DNA of 47,623 nucleotides from a virus (Duplodnaviria; Heunggongvirae; Uroviricota; Caudoviricetes): IMG/VR virus record IMGVR_UViG_2541047816_000005, positions 1 to 47,623 of that record; one strand, 5' to 3'. Shown piece by piece: positions 38,892 to 47,623 of this stretch (position 1 is its first letter; each line of letters starts with the position of its first letter). The notes under the pieces were generated by a model. It saw only the letters and a program-made list of their open reading frames with translations, ran no database searches and was not told where the DNA came from. The position numbers and the translations under genes were made by a program.

Positions 38892-39092
38892 CTAACTATT
38901 TGTTTTCCGTAATGGAGAAAAAATGAGGCTCTCTTTAGATAATTTGAGGGTTGGTGAAACTTTAGATACCGCTTCCTCAATTCTTTCAGCCATTGCAACT
39001 GAGGGGCGCCTAAAACCCAGAGCCATCTGGTTCAGGTATGCAACGCTAGTCCCAGATAACTGTGCCAGCCGCCTCCATTCATCCGCGCTCAT
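38892..39092 (-). CDS. Cro/DicC-like small HTH regulator
   Basis: internal start MSADEWRRLAQLSGTSVAYLNQMALGFRRPS...; divergent from the repressor gene; start uncertain. Confidence 0.5.
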   Translation of the reverse strand: MSADEWRRLAQLSGTSVAYLNQMALGFRRPSVAMAERIEEAVSKVSPTLKLSKESLIFSPLRKTNS

Positions 39093-39150
39093 GACTCCTC
39101 TGATTGAGAGCAATACACTGGACATAAAAAACCCCATACTGTATTGGTTA

Positions 39151-39165
39151 TTAGCAACGTGCTAA
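39151..39165. promoter_or_regulatory. palindromic operator-like site TTAGCAacgTGCTAA between the divergent regulators
   Basis: perfect inverted repeat; further TTAGCA half-site at 39168 and palindromic TTAGCTAA at 39210..39217. Confidence 0.4.
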
Positions 39166-39230
39166 CATTAGCACATGAGATCACAATACAGCAATACGCT
39201 GTAAAGCATTTAGCTAACAATGAGACAAGC

Positions 39231-39686
39231 ATGGAAATCAAAGATATTCGCTTAAAAAATCTACAGACGGTAATCCAACGCAGCGGCTTAACCCAGACAG
39301 ATCTGGCGTTAAAATGTGAGATATCACCCTCACTTATAAGCCAAATAATGACTAAGCGCAGAAATATGGGAACTGCTCTCGCTAGAAAACTCGAGGGGCG
39401 ACTGAGCCTATCAGAAGGATGGTTTGACATCCCCCACTCATTGCTGGATTCCCCATGGCATCTAGCTAAAATGAGGGAAAAGACTGGTGAGACCACTATT
39501 GATGAACAGCAACTAACTAAAAGAGAGACTCGACTTATTGAGTTATTCAGACAAATGCCTGAAAGCGAAAAAGACAGGATAATCAGTGAGTTATCTGAAA
39601 AGAAACGTAATTTTGACAAACTACTTGATGAGCTAATGGCTGTTAAAGCATCAAGAATGCCGATCGACAAAGACGAAAATGAATAA
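39231..39686 (+). CDS. DicA-like immunity repressor (N-terminal HTH, DicA-type C-terminal helix)
   Basis: C-terminal RLIELFRQMPESEKDRIISELSEKKRNFDKLLDELM parallels the DicA C-terminus (recalled); start set at ATG 39231 (track start 39144 is TTG inside the operator region). Confidence 0.6.
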   Translation: MEIKDIRLKNLQTVIQRSGLTQTDLALKCEISPSLISQIMTKRRNMGTALARKLEGRLSLSEGWFDIPHSLLDSPWHLAKMREKTGETTIDEQQLTKRETRLIELFRQMPESEKDRIISELSEKKRNFDKLLDELMAVKASRMPIDKDENE

Positions 39687-39798
39687 TAAATACAACGCAC
39701 TATAAAAAAAACAGCAAATATTAGCATTTTGCTATTGTCAAGAATAACGCATAGCGCTACATTCACCTCAGCAAGTAAAAACAAGTGAGGTGAATGTA

Positions 39799-40242
39799 AT
39801 GTTAAATGATAAACATGACTCTTATTCCGTAAACTCTCTGTTGATTTGTGCTCAAGCGGCACTATTAGGCGGTACCGCTTCAAACCATGACGTCATCAAC
39901 CTCTTAGATGTTGCACAAGACATCATCTCTTCAACTATGAATTCCTTTACAGATAGTAGCGCTCCCGGCGCTAATGTTGATTTATTTACCAAAGAAGTTA
40001 GCGCTAGTAATTCCCCAGCATTATCTTTCGGTCAACGTATTCTCCAAGCGCGTAAATCAGCAAGTCTTCAACAACATCATATTGCCAGCGGTGCTGGAGT
40101 GACTGTTCAGGCTGTTTCGTTATGGGAAAATGACTCAGCAATTCCTACTTGCGACAAAATTATCCCATTGGCAAATCTTCTTGGCTGCGATCCAATGTGG
40201 TTACTGACTGGTGCTTATAAACAAAATCAGGAGGAAGCATAA
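39799..40242 (+). CDS. HTH (XRE-type) protein with N-terminal extension
   Basis: GAGGTGA RBS 6 nt before ATG 39799; C-terminal QRILQARKSASLQQHHIASGAGVTVQAVSLWEND resembles XRE-family HTH. Confidence 0.55.
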   Translation: MLNDKHDSYSVNSLLICAQAALLGGTASNHDVINLLDVAQDIISSTMNSFTDSSAPGANVDLFTKEVSASNSPALSFGQRILQARKSASLQQHHIASGAGVTVQAVSLWENDSAIPTCDKIIPLANLLGCDPMWLLTGAYKQNQEEA

Positions 40243-40243
40243 G

Positions 40244-40435
40244 ATGAAAATGTTCAAAGGCCTCACCAACGAACCGGAAACAGCTTTTCATCACATTGCC
40301 GTACTGCTTGAAGCGGGGTTAATCATTTCGGCTTCCGGTGATGAAGAATGTGATGAACTTTCGGATGATATCTTTTTACTGGCACAACAATACGCCAGAA
40401 GCGCATGCGATGCATTTAAGGAGCAAAGAACATGA
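40244..40435 (+). CDS. small hypothetical protein
   Basis: AGGAGG RBS 9 nt upstream; 63 aa. Confidence 0.4.
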   Translation: MKMFKGLTNEPETAFHHIAVLLEAGLIISASGDEECDELSDDIFLLAQQYARSACDAFKEQRT

Positions 40436-40623
40436 TAACTCCATTAAATATTCTTGAGAAAGTGGCAGCACAAATAAAAGAGAATACATCCATGCTTGAA
40501 TTTATATTTAAGAATTCGCCTGATTCAGGAGAGACAGACGATTATTTATGTTGCCTCATTCGCTCCATGAATAAAACCTGTGAAATGGCTTACGCGTATA
40601 TCGACACACTGCGCAACGAATAA
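40432..40623 (+). CDS. small hypothetical protein
   Basis: 63 aa ORF overlapping the previous stop (ATGA). Confidence 0.35.
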   Translation: MITPLNILEKVAAQIKENTSMLEFIFKNSPDSGETDDYLCCLIRSMNKTCEMAYAYIDTLRNE

Positions 40624-40807
40624 AGAAAACTCAATAAACAATCACCCATAAAAACATAACGGCCTCTGGTCGGGAATTTCCACAACCTGAAAATGGTGGT
40701 GATGCATGAAAAACAGAAGTGCTTATAAAACCGCATTATTAATGGCTAATGCAGGATACTGGTCAGTTGCAATACTGTTTCTCAGAAAAGCATACGGGAA
40801 ATAACAA

Positions 40808-41167
40808 ATGACACATGAACCCATTAATACATATCGTCGCCGTATAGCTGTTGCGGCACTCCATCGAATAAAACGTAAAACAGGTGGTAATCTGCTTATT
40901 GTTGACCTTCCGGATGGGAACATTACGACCATAGAAATAACTGAACAGTTTATAAACCAGTTGCTGTTACGCTTCGAAGGTATTACCCGTGGTGAATTGG
41001 GCCGGGTGGAGGGTGAAACCGAAATCCACACTGCATACCAGAATGCTATCGGGATTAATCAACATACTGAATACCTGACTGAAACCGGAAAGTTAATTAT
41101 AGACAACCTTTTTCAAGAGGTTATTGATTACGCGAAAGAAAAATATATCAGCGGAGGAATTAACTGA
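40808..41167 (+). CDS. hypothetical protein (119 aa)
   Basis: ORF in early-left operon; no family recognised. Confidence 0.4.
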   Translation: MTHEPINTYRRRIAVAALHRIKRKTGGNLLIVDLPDGNITTIEITEQFINQLLLRFEGITRGELGRVEGETEIHTAYQNAIGINQHTEYLTETGKLIIDNLFQEVIDYAKEKYISGGIN

Positions 41168-41382
41168 TGGCTAATTTATCCCCTGTATCTGTTGTGCACG
41201 AAAAAGTGCAGATCGTTATGACAATTGAAAATGGCCAAGTCACAGGTGTCTGCAAAGTCCGCGATGGCGAGCTGATTGCCAGCATGGATACATTCATACG
41301 GCTGGCAGAAAGAGCGGGGTATCAGATAACAGCACCTGCTCAGGAGGAAACCGGTGGCATTAACAGCAACACGCATTCCTGA
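41167..41382 (+). CDS. hypothetical protein (71 aa)
   Basis: ORF overlapping the previous stop. Confidence 0.35.
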   Translation: MANLSPVSVVHEKVQIVMTIENGQVTGVCKVRDGELIASMDTFIRLAERAGYQITAPAQEETGGINSNTHS

Positions 41383-41554
41383 GCGGATCCACCGGCAGGC
41401 ATTGCAGGTCCTGTTGTTGTACCGATGCCGACGGATATTTCCGCATCGGATATCTCAGTCTGAAGGTTAACCGTCGCTGGCGGCTGTTATCGAAAGACGA
41501 CGGCCGGAACTGGGAAGTAATGAGTCATGAACGTTATTCGGGAGAAATAAAGAA

Positions 41555-41947
41555 ATGATCGACAACCGCACCGCCAGCGCCATTGACCAGGCATTACAGA
41601 AACATGATACACCCGTCGGCCCGTTATTTTTTGTAACACGCCACGGAAGAACAAAAAAATGCCTCACTCGAAAAACGGCAATTCGTTACCTGGCCTTCTT
41701 TATGACCACCCGCGCTTTTGAACGTTCAGGATTCCGACAACGCTATCCTGACAAGCGTTTTATCTTCAACAGGAATGAGATATGGAAACGTGGAGAATCA
41801 ACCACAGAGTATACCCGCGCACACCAGCGAACAATCAGACGACTGCGCAGACTCATCGCCAGGAAACAGTATACAGAAAAATGGTTCAGAAAATATGACA
41901 CATGGAGCGCCGGATATTACGAACTGATGGCAACAAAACCATTCTGA
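41555..41947 (+). CDS. basic hypothetical protein (130 aa)
   Basis: Arg/Lys-rich ORF; no family recognised. Confidence 0.4.
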   Translation: MIDNRTASAIDQALQKHDTPVGPLFFVTRHGRTKKCLTRKTAIRYLAFFMTTRAFERSGFRQRYPDKRFIFNRNEIWKRGESTTEYTRAHQRTIRRLRRLIARKQYTEKWFRKYDTWSAGYYELMATKPF

Positions 41948-42007
41948 CGTAAACGAAATTAACCATGACGCAATTAAATAAGGCAAGCCGAATACATCAG
42001 GAGGACC

Positions 42008-42196
42008 ATGAACATTTATTTCAGAATAGTTATATCACTGGCAATTATCACATGTATTTACGGATTAATCGTTCCGGCCCTCATATCAATGAAGGATACG
42101 GTAGCAGTGATTTCTGGCTTTGCTCTGGCGTGTCTGACCCCGCCCTGCATTTATGCCATTTATAAGGGTCTTTCTTTTTCTAAGGATAAAAGATGA
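42008..42196 (+). CDS. small two-helix membrane protein upstream of the SPFH gene
   Basis: 62 aa with two hydrophobic helices; stop overlaps the SPFH start (ATGA at 42193). Confidence 0.45.
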   Translation: MNIYFRIVISLAIITCIYGLIVPALISMKDTVAVISGFALACLTPPCIYAIYKGLSFSKDKR

Positions 42197-43020
42197 AAAA
42201 ATTACTTTTTGCTTTAGCCCTTGTTCTGCCGACCATTGGCCTTGTCGGTTGCGATCGCGTTGAGCCTGGTAATGTGGGCATCAAAGTAAACAAACTGGGC
42301 GACGATAAAGGCGTCGGTGAAGTGGTCGGTGTTGGGCGCTACTGGACGGGATGGAACACTGAGGTTTACATCTTCCCGACCTTTAAGCAGATGAAGACCT
42401 ACGATGATCCATTCAGTTTCCAGATGAGTGACGGTACAACCATCGGCTATCACATCGGCGTGGCCTACAAAGTTGATCCATCCAAAGTTACCACAGTCTT
42501 TCAGACCTACCGCAAAGGCGTGGACGACATTACCGACACCGACCTGCGCCAGAAGATAGCCGACGCACTCAACCGACTGGCCAGCAAAATGACCACCGAC
42601 AAATTTATCGACGGCGGCAAGTCTGAGCTGCTGGATGCAGCTCTTAAAGACATTCAGGAAGAAATGACGCCCATCGGTATTCAGGTAATGAGCCTCTCAT
42701 ATGTGGGTAAGCCGGAGTACCCGCCTACTGTTATCGACAGCATTAATGCCAAAGTCACGGCGAACCAGAAAACCCTGCAACGCGAGCAGGAAGTAAAACA
42801 GCGCGAAGCGGAAGCCAACATGTTGCGCGCGGAAGCTGCCGGACAGGCAGATGCGATTCGCACAAAAGCCCAGGCCGAAGCCGATGCTATTCGTTTACGC
42901 GGTGAAGCTCTGCGCCAGAACCCCGGTGTTATGGAGCTGGAAGCCATCAACAAGTGGAACGGTACACTGCCGCAATACATGACCAGCGGTGCCAACACAC
43001 CATTTATTCAGGTTAAGTAA
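42193..43020 (+). CDS. SPFH/band-7 (stomatin/prohibitin-like) lipoprotein
   Basis: lipobox LVGC at the signal peptide; SPFH-like core then a coiled-coil tail KQREAEANMLRAEAAGQADAIRTKAQAEADAIR. Confidence 0.7.
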   Translation: MKKLLFALALVLPTIGLVGCDRVEPGNVGIKVNKLGDDKGVGEVVGVGRYWTGWNTEVYIFPTFKQMKTYDDPFSFQMSDGTTIGYHIGVAYKVDPSKVTTVFQTYRKGVDDITDTDLRQKIADALNRLASKMTTDKFIDGGKSELLDAALKDIQEEMTPIGIQVMSLSYVGKPEYPPTVIDSINAKVTANQKTLQREQEVKQREAEANMLRAEAAGQADAIRTKAQAEADAIRLRGEALRQNPGVMELEAINKWNGTLPQYMTSGANTPFIQVK

Positions 43021-43063
43021 TACATATGCCCGGTATTACACGCCGGGCTGTCTGGAGATAAAA

Positions 43064-43813
43064 ATGAATATTGTAACCATCAACAACAAACAGTTTCCGG
43101 TAATCGAATATCGCAGTCAGCGTGTTGTGACATTTGCAATAATTGATGACGTCCACCAGCGCCCGGAAGGTACCGCCCGTGCTGCGTTTAACCGCAACCG
43201 TTCTCACTTTATCGAAGGGGTGGATTTTCTTGAAATGACTGCGGACGTAATACGTACGGAGTCACTTTCTGATGCCTTTGCCGCGCGAACTGCCAAAGGG
43301 ATCATTCTTTTCGAGTCTGGTTACCTGATGTTGACGAAGCCTTTTAACGATACTCTTGCATGGCAGGTTCAGCGCGAACTGGTTAACAGCTATTTCCGAA
43401 CTCACGCGCCGCTGACGGAAATGGAGATGATCGCTGCAATGGCCGCCGATGCCGTTCGCCAGCAGAAGCGCCTGAGTCATGTTGAAGAGAAGATCGAAAC
43501 GGTCACCAAAGCTGTGGAGAACATCAAACGCGGCACAATGCGCACCGGATATGTCGGTTACCGCCAGGTGGTAGCCAAAAGCGGAATGAGTGACGCCAAG
43601 TGCCGGAATCTGGTCAACGCCTACCACATCCCTACCGACACGCACGAATTTATGACTCCGGACGGTCTGTTGTCTCGCAGGGCTATCGTCGAGCTTGAGA
43701 CATTTATGGCGGCATTCCACCAAATGATGTCAGAGGCTGAACCACGCGGCACACGCTGGTATCACCCGAAGATGGGGCTTTTCCAGGTAATCGGATGGGA
43801 GGATAAAGCATGA
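43064..43813 (+). CDS. phage antirepressor-like protein (ORF6N/KilA-N-like N-terminus)
   Basis: start at internal MNIVTINNKQFPVIEY...; N-terminal pattern resembles phage antirepressor N-domains; low certainty. Confidence 0.45.
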   Translation: MNIVTINNKQFPVIEYRSQRVVTFAIIDDVHQRPEGTARAAFNRNRSHFIEGVDFLEMTADVIRTESLSDAFAARTAKGIILFESGYLMLTKPFNDTLAWQVQRELVNSYFRTHAPLTEMEMIAAMAADAVRQQKRLSHVEEKIETVTKAVENIKRGTMRTGYVGYRQVVAKSGMSDAKCRNLVNAYHIPTDTHEFMTPDGLLSRRAIVELETFMAAFHQMMSEAEPRGTRWYHPKMGLFQVIGWEDKA

Positions 43814-44379
43814 TCATCCAGTCAAAACTTATTCGCGCCGCTCTGGTGTGCGCTGCTAAAAACGACGTTCGTTATTACCTGAACGGTCTTCACATCACGC
43901 CAAAACATATTGAGGCAACCAATGGTTTCGTAGCACTGCGCATGACTCACGGCATCCGGACGAAGAAAAACATCATTGTCCAGTTCGAAGGTGGCGTCCC
44001 GGCCAAAGCCGAAACGACAGAGCTGATTTTTAGTAAAGAGCCGATCGCTGTTCATCGCGACCAGTTTCAGCGCCGGCTGTCCATTACCGGCATTAAATTA
44101 GTGGACGGTTGTTTTCCGGATTTGGAACGCATCATTTCGAAAAAATTTGACCTCTGTACACACCCGGTGATCCAGGCGGGTTACCTGAGTTATCCAGAGA
44201 AGATGTTTGGTCGTGAGCGTAAATTTATTCCCGTCCAGTTACGTCCCTCCGGTGACGGGCAAGCGGTCAGAATTCAGTTTGATTCCATCATCAACTCAAT
44301 GTATGGCAATCCTGAATTTGTTGTGATGCCTTGTCGTGATCATGGCGATTTCAACGTGGCTCAGGAGCATCCGGAATGA
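43810..44379 (+). CDS. hypothetical protein (189 aa)
   Basis: ORF overlapping the previous stop. Confidence 0.45.
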   Translation: MIIQSKLIRAALVCAAKNDVRYYLNGLHITPKHIEATNGFVALRMTHGIRTKKNIIVQFEGGVPAKAETTELIFSKEPIAVHRDQFQRRLSITGIKLVDGCFPDLERIISKKFDLCTHPVIQAGYLSYPEKMFGRERKFIPVQLRPSGDGQAVRIQFDSIINSMYGNPEFVVMPCRDHGDFNVAQEHPE

Positions 44380-44609
44380 AAATCGAATACCCGGACTACG
44401 GAGCCGTAGCGAACATCGTGATCACCTGCACCGTGTTCGAATTTCGTAAACATAACCGGGTGGTGGATGCTGCATTGCTTTGCACGCCGGACGTTATTGC
44501 AACTCACAGTGGTGTGTTTTTCATGAAGTCGGTTTTATCCGGTAAAACCCGCGATATGTTGCGGGCATATAAAACAGCACAGGGAGAGGTCGGGCGTGAG
44601 CGAGATTGA
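44376..44609 (+). CDS. hypothetical protein (77 aa)
   Basis: overlapping ORF in operon. Confidence 0.35.
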   Translation: MKIEYPDYGAVANIVITCTVFEFRKHNRVVDAALLCTPDVIATHSGVFFMKSVLSGKTRDMLRAYKTAQGEVGRERD

Positions 44610-44961
44610 TTATCAGGCACTGCGTGAGGCAGCAGTAGCAATTGAAACAGTGGCAACGCCTCAAAAATTGCAGGCGTTTCGGATGAAGGTCACACCGTCG
44701 GTGGTACTGGCGCTGCTGGATGAAATTAAGCGCCTGGAGGACACAAATATTGATGCTATGTGCCGAATTGCAGAACTGGAAGCGAGGGAAGTCGAGTTAC
44801 CGGACGGCTACGAACCCCGTATGGGCCACCCAATAAATAGCGGTGAGCGGGTGGTAATGATGCCGCACCACTTTGGTGGATGGCTGGACCGCTTCGACGT
44901 CGAGCACGCATTGCAGGCAGCGGGGATCAAATTCAAAACAGCGGGGGTTGAGTACGAATGA
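44596..44961 (+). CDS. hypothetical protein (121 aa)
   Basis: overlapping ORF in operon. Confidence 0.4.
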   Translation: MSEIDYQALREAAVAIETVATPQKLQAFRMKVTPSVVLALLDEIKRLEDTNIDAMCRIAELEAREVELPDGYEPRMGHPINSGERVVMMPHHFGGWLDRFDVEHALQAAGIKFKTAGVEYE

Positions 44962-45191
44962 TTGAGGGTATTAGCAATAAATCGTTGAACACAGCATGTG
45001 TCGACGGTGGGTTGTTGTACAAAGTGACGTTTACGCAAATCGACAACGAAGATAACGCATTCACTGTGATTTACACGTCGCCAGCGATGGCGCAGAAGTG
45101 GGTGGATCTGCACAGGCTATGTGGTTTTCGTGTTGAGTGGGGGTGTTATGAGATGCGATGCAGATGGCATCATCGGGGGGATGAAAAATGA
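44958..45191 (+). CDS. hypothetical protein (77 aa)
   Basis: overlapping ORF in operon. Confidence 0.35.
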   Translation: MIEGISNKSLNTACVDGGLLYKVTFTQIDNEDNAFTVIYTSPAMAQKWVDLHRLCGFRVEWGCYEMRCRWHHRGDEK

Positions 45192-45565
45192 GCACTACGC
45201 TTGAGCAATGGCTGGAACAGCAGCACGGCAAAATTGATGTTGATTGCGGCTGTGTGAGCACTGAAACGCTTATGCACTGGATGCGTGTGGCGTATGAGGC
45301 TGGCAACTCTCCGGTAACTCCGGATAGTTGGATAAGCTGTAGTGAGCGAATGCCAGAAATGGGAGAGCGACAATGCTATGTGTTAGCTGCTGACTTTAAA
45401 AACAACTACCTACCAAGCATCCCCAACACTCAGGTCGGCGTATATGGCGACTGGTTTAATGATGGCAAGCCCACTTGGGATGACGGTGGTGGCGAAGACC
45501 TGTATCTCAAGGAGGTAACCCACTGGATGCCGCTGCCAGAACCGCCGCAGGAGGTGAATCAATGA
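45188..45565 (+). CDS. phage protein (DUF551-like)
   Basis: 125 aa; Trp/Cys-rich pattern recalled from DUF551 prophage proteins. Confidence 0.45.
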   Translation: MSTTLEQWLEQQHGKIDVDCGCVSTETLMHWMRVAYEAGNSPVTPDSWISCSERMPEMGERQCYVLAADFKNNYLPSIPNTQVGVYGDWFNDGKPTWDDGGGEDLYLKEVTHWMPLPEPPQEVNQ

Positions 45566-45649
45566 GCTGGCGTGATGCAATCGTAACTCTGGGGGTGGTA
45601 TTCGCAGCAGCGTTTGTTGTGTTCTCGATTTGTCGATGGGGATAACCAC

Positions 45650-45892
45650 ATGTTCGCTTTGATTCAACGCGGGCAGATATACACCGATAGTGCTGGCTAC
45701 CCGGTAAAAATTACTCGCAGTACTGTTCACTCGGTATTCTTTCGGAGGATGGACGGGCGCTCCGGGCGGGTACGCATCACTGAGTTCAACAGCCTGTTCG
45801 AACATATTGACCACCAGGAGTACCGCAAAATTCTGGCAGAAACAGAGCAGGAAGCTCATCTGAAAAAATTACGAGCCATGAAAAGGAAGTAA
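45650..45892 (+). CDS. small hypothetical protein
   Basis: internal start MFALIQRGQIYTDSAGYPV... of the 92 aa ORF. Confidence 0.35.
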   Translation: MFALIQRGQIYTDSAGYPVKITRSTVHSVFFRRMDGRSGRVRITEFNSLFEHIDHQEYRKILAETEQEAHLKKLRAMKRK

Positions 45893-46048
45893 AGAATGAA
45901 TAAAGCATTTGAACGATGGGTCCACCAGCGTTACGGCAATCGCTATGATCTGACGCGAGATGTTGACGGTTTCTACTGTCGTGAAGTTGTGAAGCGAATG
46001 TTTGAAATGTGGTGCCACTGCCGTGGATGAAAGTTTTATGAGGTTGGC

Positions 46049-46303
46049 ATGCAGACAATCATCTATCAGATAACCCCCAGCAAATGGTGTACGGAGAGAG
46101 TCCTTATTGCATCAACAGGGCTAAAGCCCGGCACCATCGAGCGGGCCAGGAGAAAGTCATGGATGCAGGGAAAAGAATACCGCCATTACGCTGTAGAAGG
46201 TGATCCTGGGCATTACAGTGAATGCCTGTACAACATCGAAGAAATTATGCGATGGATCGAAAACCAGAAACAACCAGGTGCCAAAAATGCAAGTTCCGGT
46301 TAA
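46049..46303 (+). CDS. excisionase-like protein
   Basis: 84 aa immediately upstream of the integrase, same strand; assignment by position and size. Confidence 0.45.
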   Translation: MQTIIYQITPSKWCTERVLIASTGLKPGTIERARRKSWMQGKEYRHYAVEGDPGHYSECLYNIEEIMRWIENQKQPGAKNASSG

Positions 46304-46336
46304 CCTGTTAATGCTCCTGGACGTCTGGGAGGTTTA

Positions 46337-47623
46337 ATGAGTAACGTATCATACCCGACAGGCGTTGAAAACCATGGAGGATCACTCCGTATATGGTTTC
46401 ACTATAATGGCAAACGTGTCAGAGAAAACCTCGGTGTTCCTGACACCGCCAAAAACCGGAAGATCGCAGGTGAACTTCGCACTTCCGTTTGTTTTGCAAT
46501 CAGAATGGGGAGTTTCGACTACGCCACACAGTTCCCTAATTCCCCTAACCTGAAACACTTTGGTCTGGGAAAAAGAGAGATAACCGTTAAGGCACTTTCG
46601 GAAAAATGGTTGGACCTTAAGAAAATTGAGATTTGTGCGAATGCACTTAATCGTTACCAGTCAGTAATTAAAAACATGTTGCCTATGTTGGGTGAGAAAA
46701 AACTGGTTTCATCCATAACAAAAGAGGATTTACTTTTCGCAAGGAGAGATTTGTTGACCGGTTACCAAAAGCTTTCTAATGGAAAGATTTCTTCCATAAA
46801 AGGGCGCTCAGTGGTCACAGTAAACTACTATATGACAACCATAGCTGGAATGTTTCAATTTGCAACAGATAATGGTTATACCTCAGGAAACCCATTTAAC
46901 GGTCTGGCACCCTTAAAAAAGTCCAAGGTAAAACCAGATCCTCTCACCCGTGACGAATTTATTCGTTTTATTGAGGCTTGCCGTCATCAACAAACAAAAA
47001 ACCTGTGGATTCTCGCTGTATACACGGGTATTCGTCACGGGGAGCTGGTATCGCTGGCATGGGAAGATATAGATCTTAAAGCAAGGACTATAACCATCCG
47101 TAGGAATTATACAAAACTTGGCGAATTCACTCCACCAAAAACCGATGCTGGCACCGGAAGGACAATTCATCTGGTTCAACCAGCTATTGATGCTCTTAAA
47201 AGTCAGGCGGAAATGACCATGCTTGGAAAGCAACATTCTGTAGAGGTAAAGCAGAGGGAATATGGGAGAAGTACTGTGCATAAATGCACTTTTGTTTTTA
47301 GTCCTCAGGTAATAAAACAGCGGCAGTTTTCCGGACCGCACTATAAGGTTGACTCCATCAGGGAGTCATGGACAAGTATCTTAAAACGCGCAGGTCTGAG
47401 ACACAGAAAATCGTACCAATCCAGGCATACTTATGCATGCTGGTCACTTGCCGCAGGAGCTAATCCTAGTTTTATCGCAAGCCAGATGGGCCACACAAAC
47501 GCACAAATGGTATTCAATGTTTACGGAGCATGGATGAAAGACAACAATCACGAACAGATAGAACTCCTTAACAAAAGACTATCTGAAAGTGTCCCATGTA
47601 TGCCCCATAAGAAAGTGGGGTAA
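46337..47623 (+). CDS. int: tyrosine site-specific integrase
   Basis: 428 aa; ILAVYTGIRHGEL, HLVQPAIDAL and SRHTYACW...GHTNAQMVFNVYG catalytic blocks; complete ORF with stop at the window end. Confidence 0.9.
   Translation: MSNVSYPTGVENHGGSLRIWFHYNGKRVRENLGVPDTAKNRKIAGELRTSVCFAIRMGSFDYATQFPNSPNLKHFGLGKREITVKALSEKWLDLKKIEICANALNRYQSVIKNMLPMLGEKKLVSSITKEDLLFARRDLLTGYQKLSNGKISSIKGRSVVTVNYYMTTIAGMFQFATDNGYTSGNPFNGLAPLKKSKVKPDPLTRDEFIRFIEACRHQQTKNLWILAVYTGIRHGELVSLAWEDIDLKARTITIRRNYTKLGEFTPPKTDAGTGRTIHLVQPAIDALKSQAEMTMLGKQHSVEVKQREYGRSTVHKCTFVFSPQVIKQRQFSGPHYKVDSIRESWTSILKRAGLRHRKSYQSRHTYACWSLAAGANPSFIASQMGHTNAQMVFNVYGAWMKDNNHEQIELLNKRLSESVPCMPHKKVG

Noticed and set aside
39089-39883. 264 aa minus-strand ORF across the immunity region
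   Set aside because: Antisense to the DicA-like repressor and the operator region; low-complexity Leu/Ser/Cys-rich; would remove all regulatory DNA.
1-47623. CRISPR array, insertion sequences or stx toxin genes
   Set aside because: No regular repeat-spacer pattern, no transposase-like ORF with terminal inverted repeats, and no A/B toxin ORFs were seen; the Q-to-lysis slot holds other cargo.

Overview
The window is almost entirely one lambdoid prophage (about 47 kb) with an HK97-type head module and a lambda-type tail module, read here from sequence and from recalled protein families only (no searches run). The left edge (about 222..290) carries the first 22 codons of a MerR-family regulator resembling MlrA/YehV, so the prophage appears inserted in that gene; a complete tyrosine integrase ends at the right edge. 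Minus strand, right to left: Cro/DicC-like, helicase, primase, Q antiterminator, a tRNA pair, TolA-C-domain lipoprotein, NanS-p-like esterase, lysis cassette (frameshifted pinholin, two inserted ORFs, SAR endolysin, Rz/Rz1), TonB-C-domain lipoprotein, HNH, terminase small and large, protease-capsid fusion, portal, connector proteins, tail genes V, G/T, H, M, L, K, I, J, lom and side tail fiber. Plus strand: OmpC-family porin, DicA-like repressor, early-left small genes, an SPFH lipoprotein pair, excisionase-like gene and integrase. No stx genes, CRISPR array or IS element were seen. The strongest candidate for an undescribed system is the pair of outer-membrane lipoproteins that copy the C-terminal domains of TonB and TolA and flank the lysis cassette; other candidates are the SPFH pair, the two ORFs inside the lysis cassette and the acidic/membrane pair after the tail fiber.
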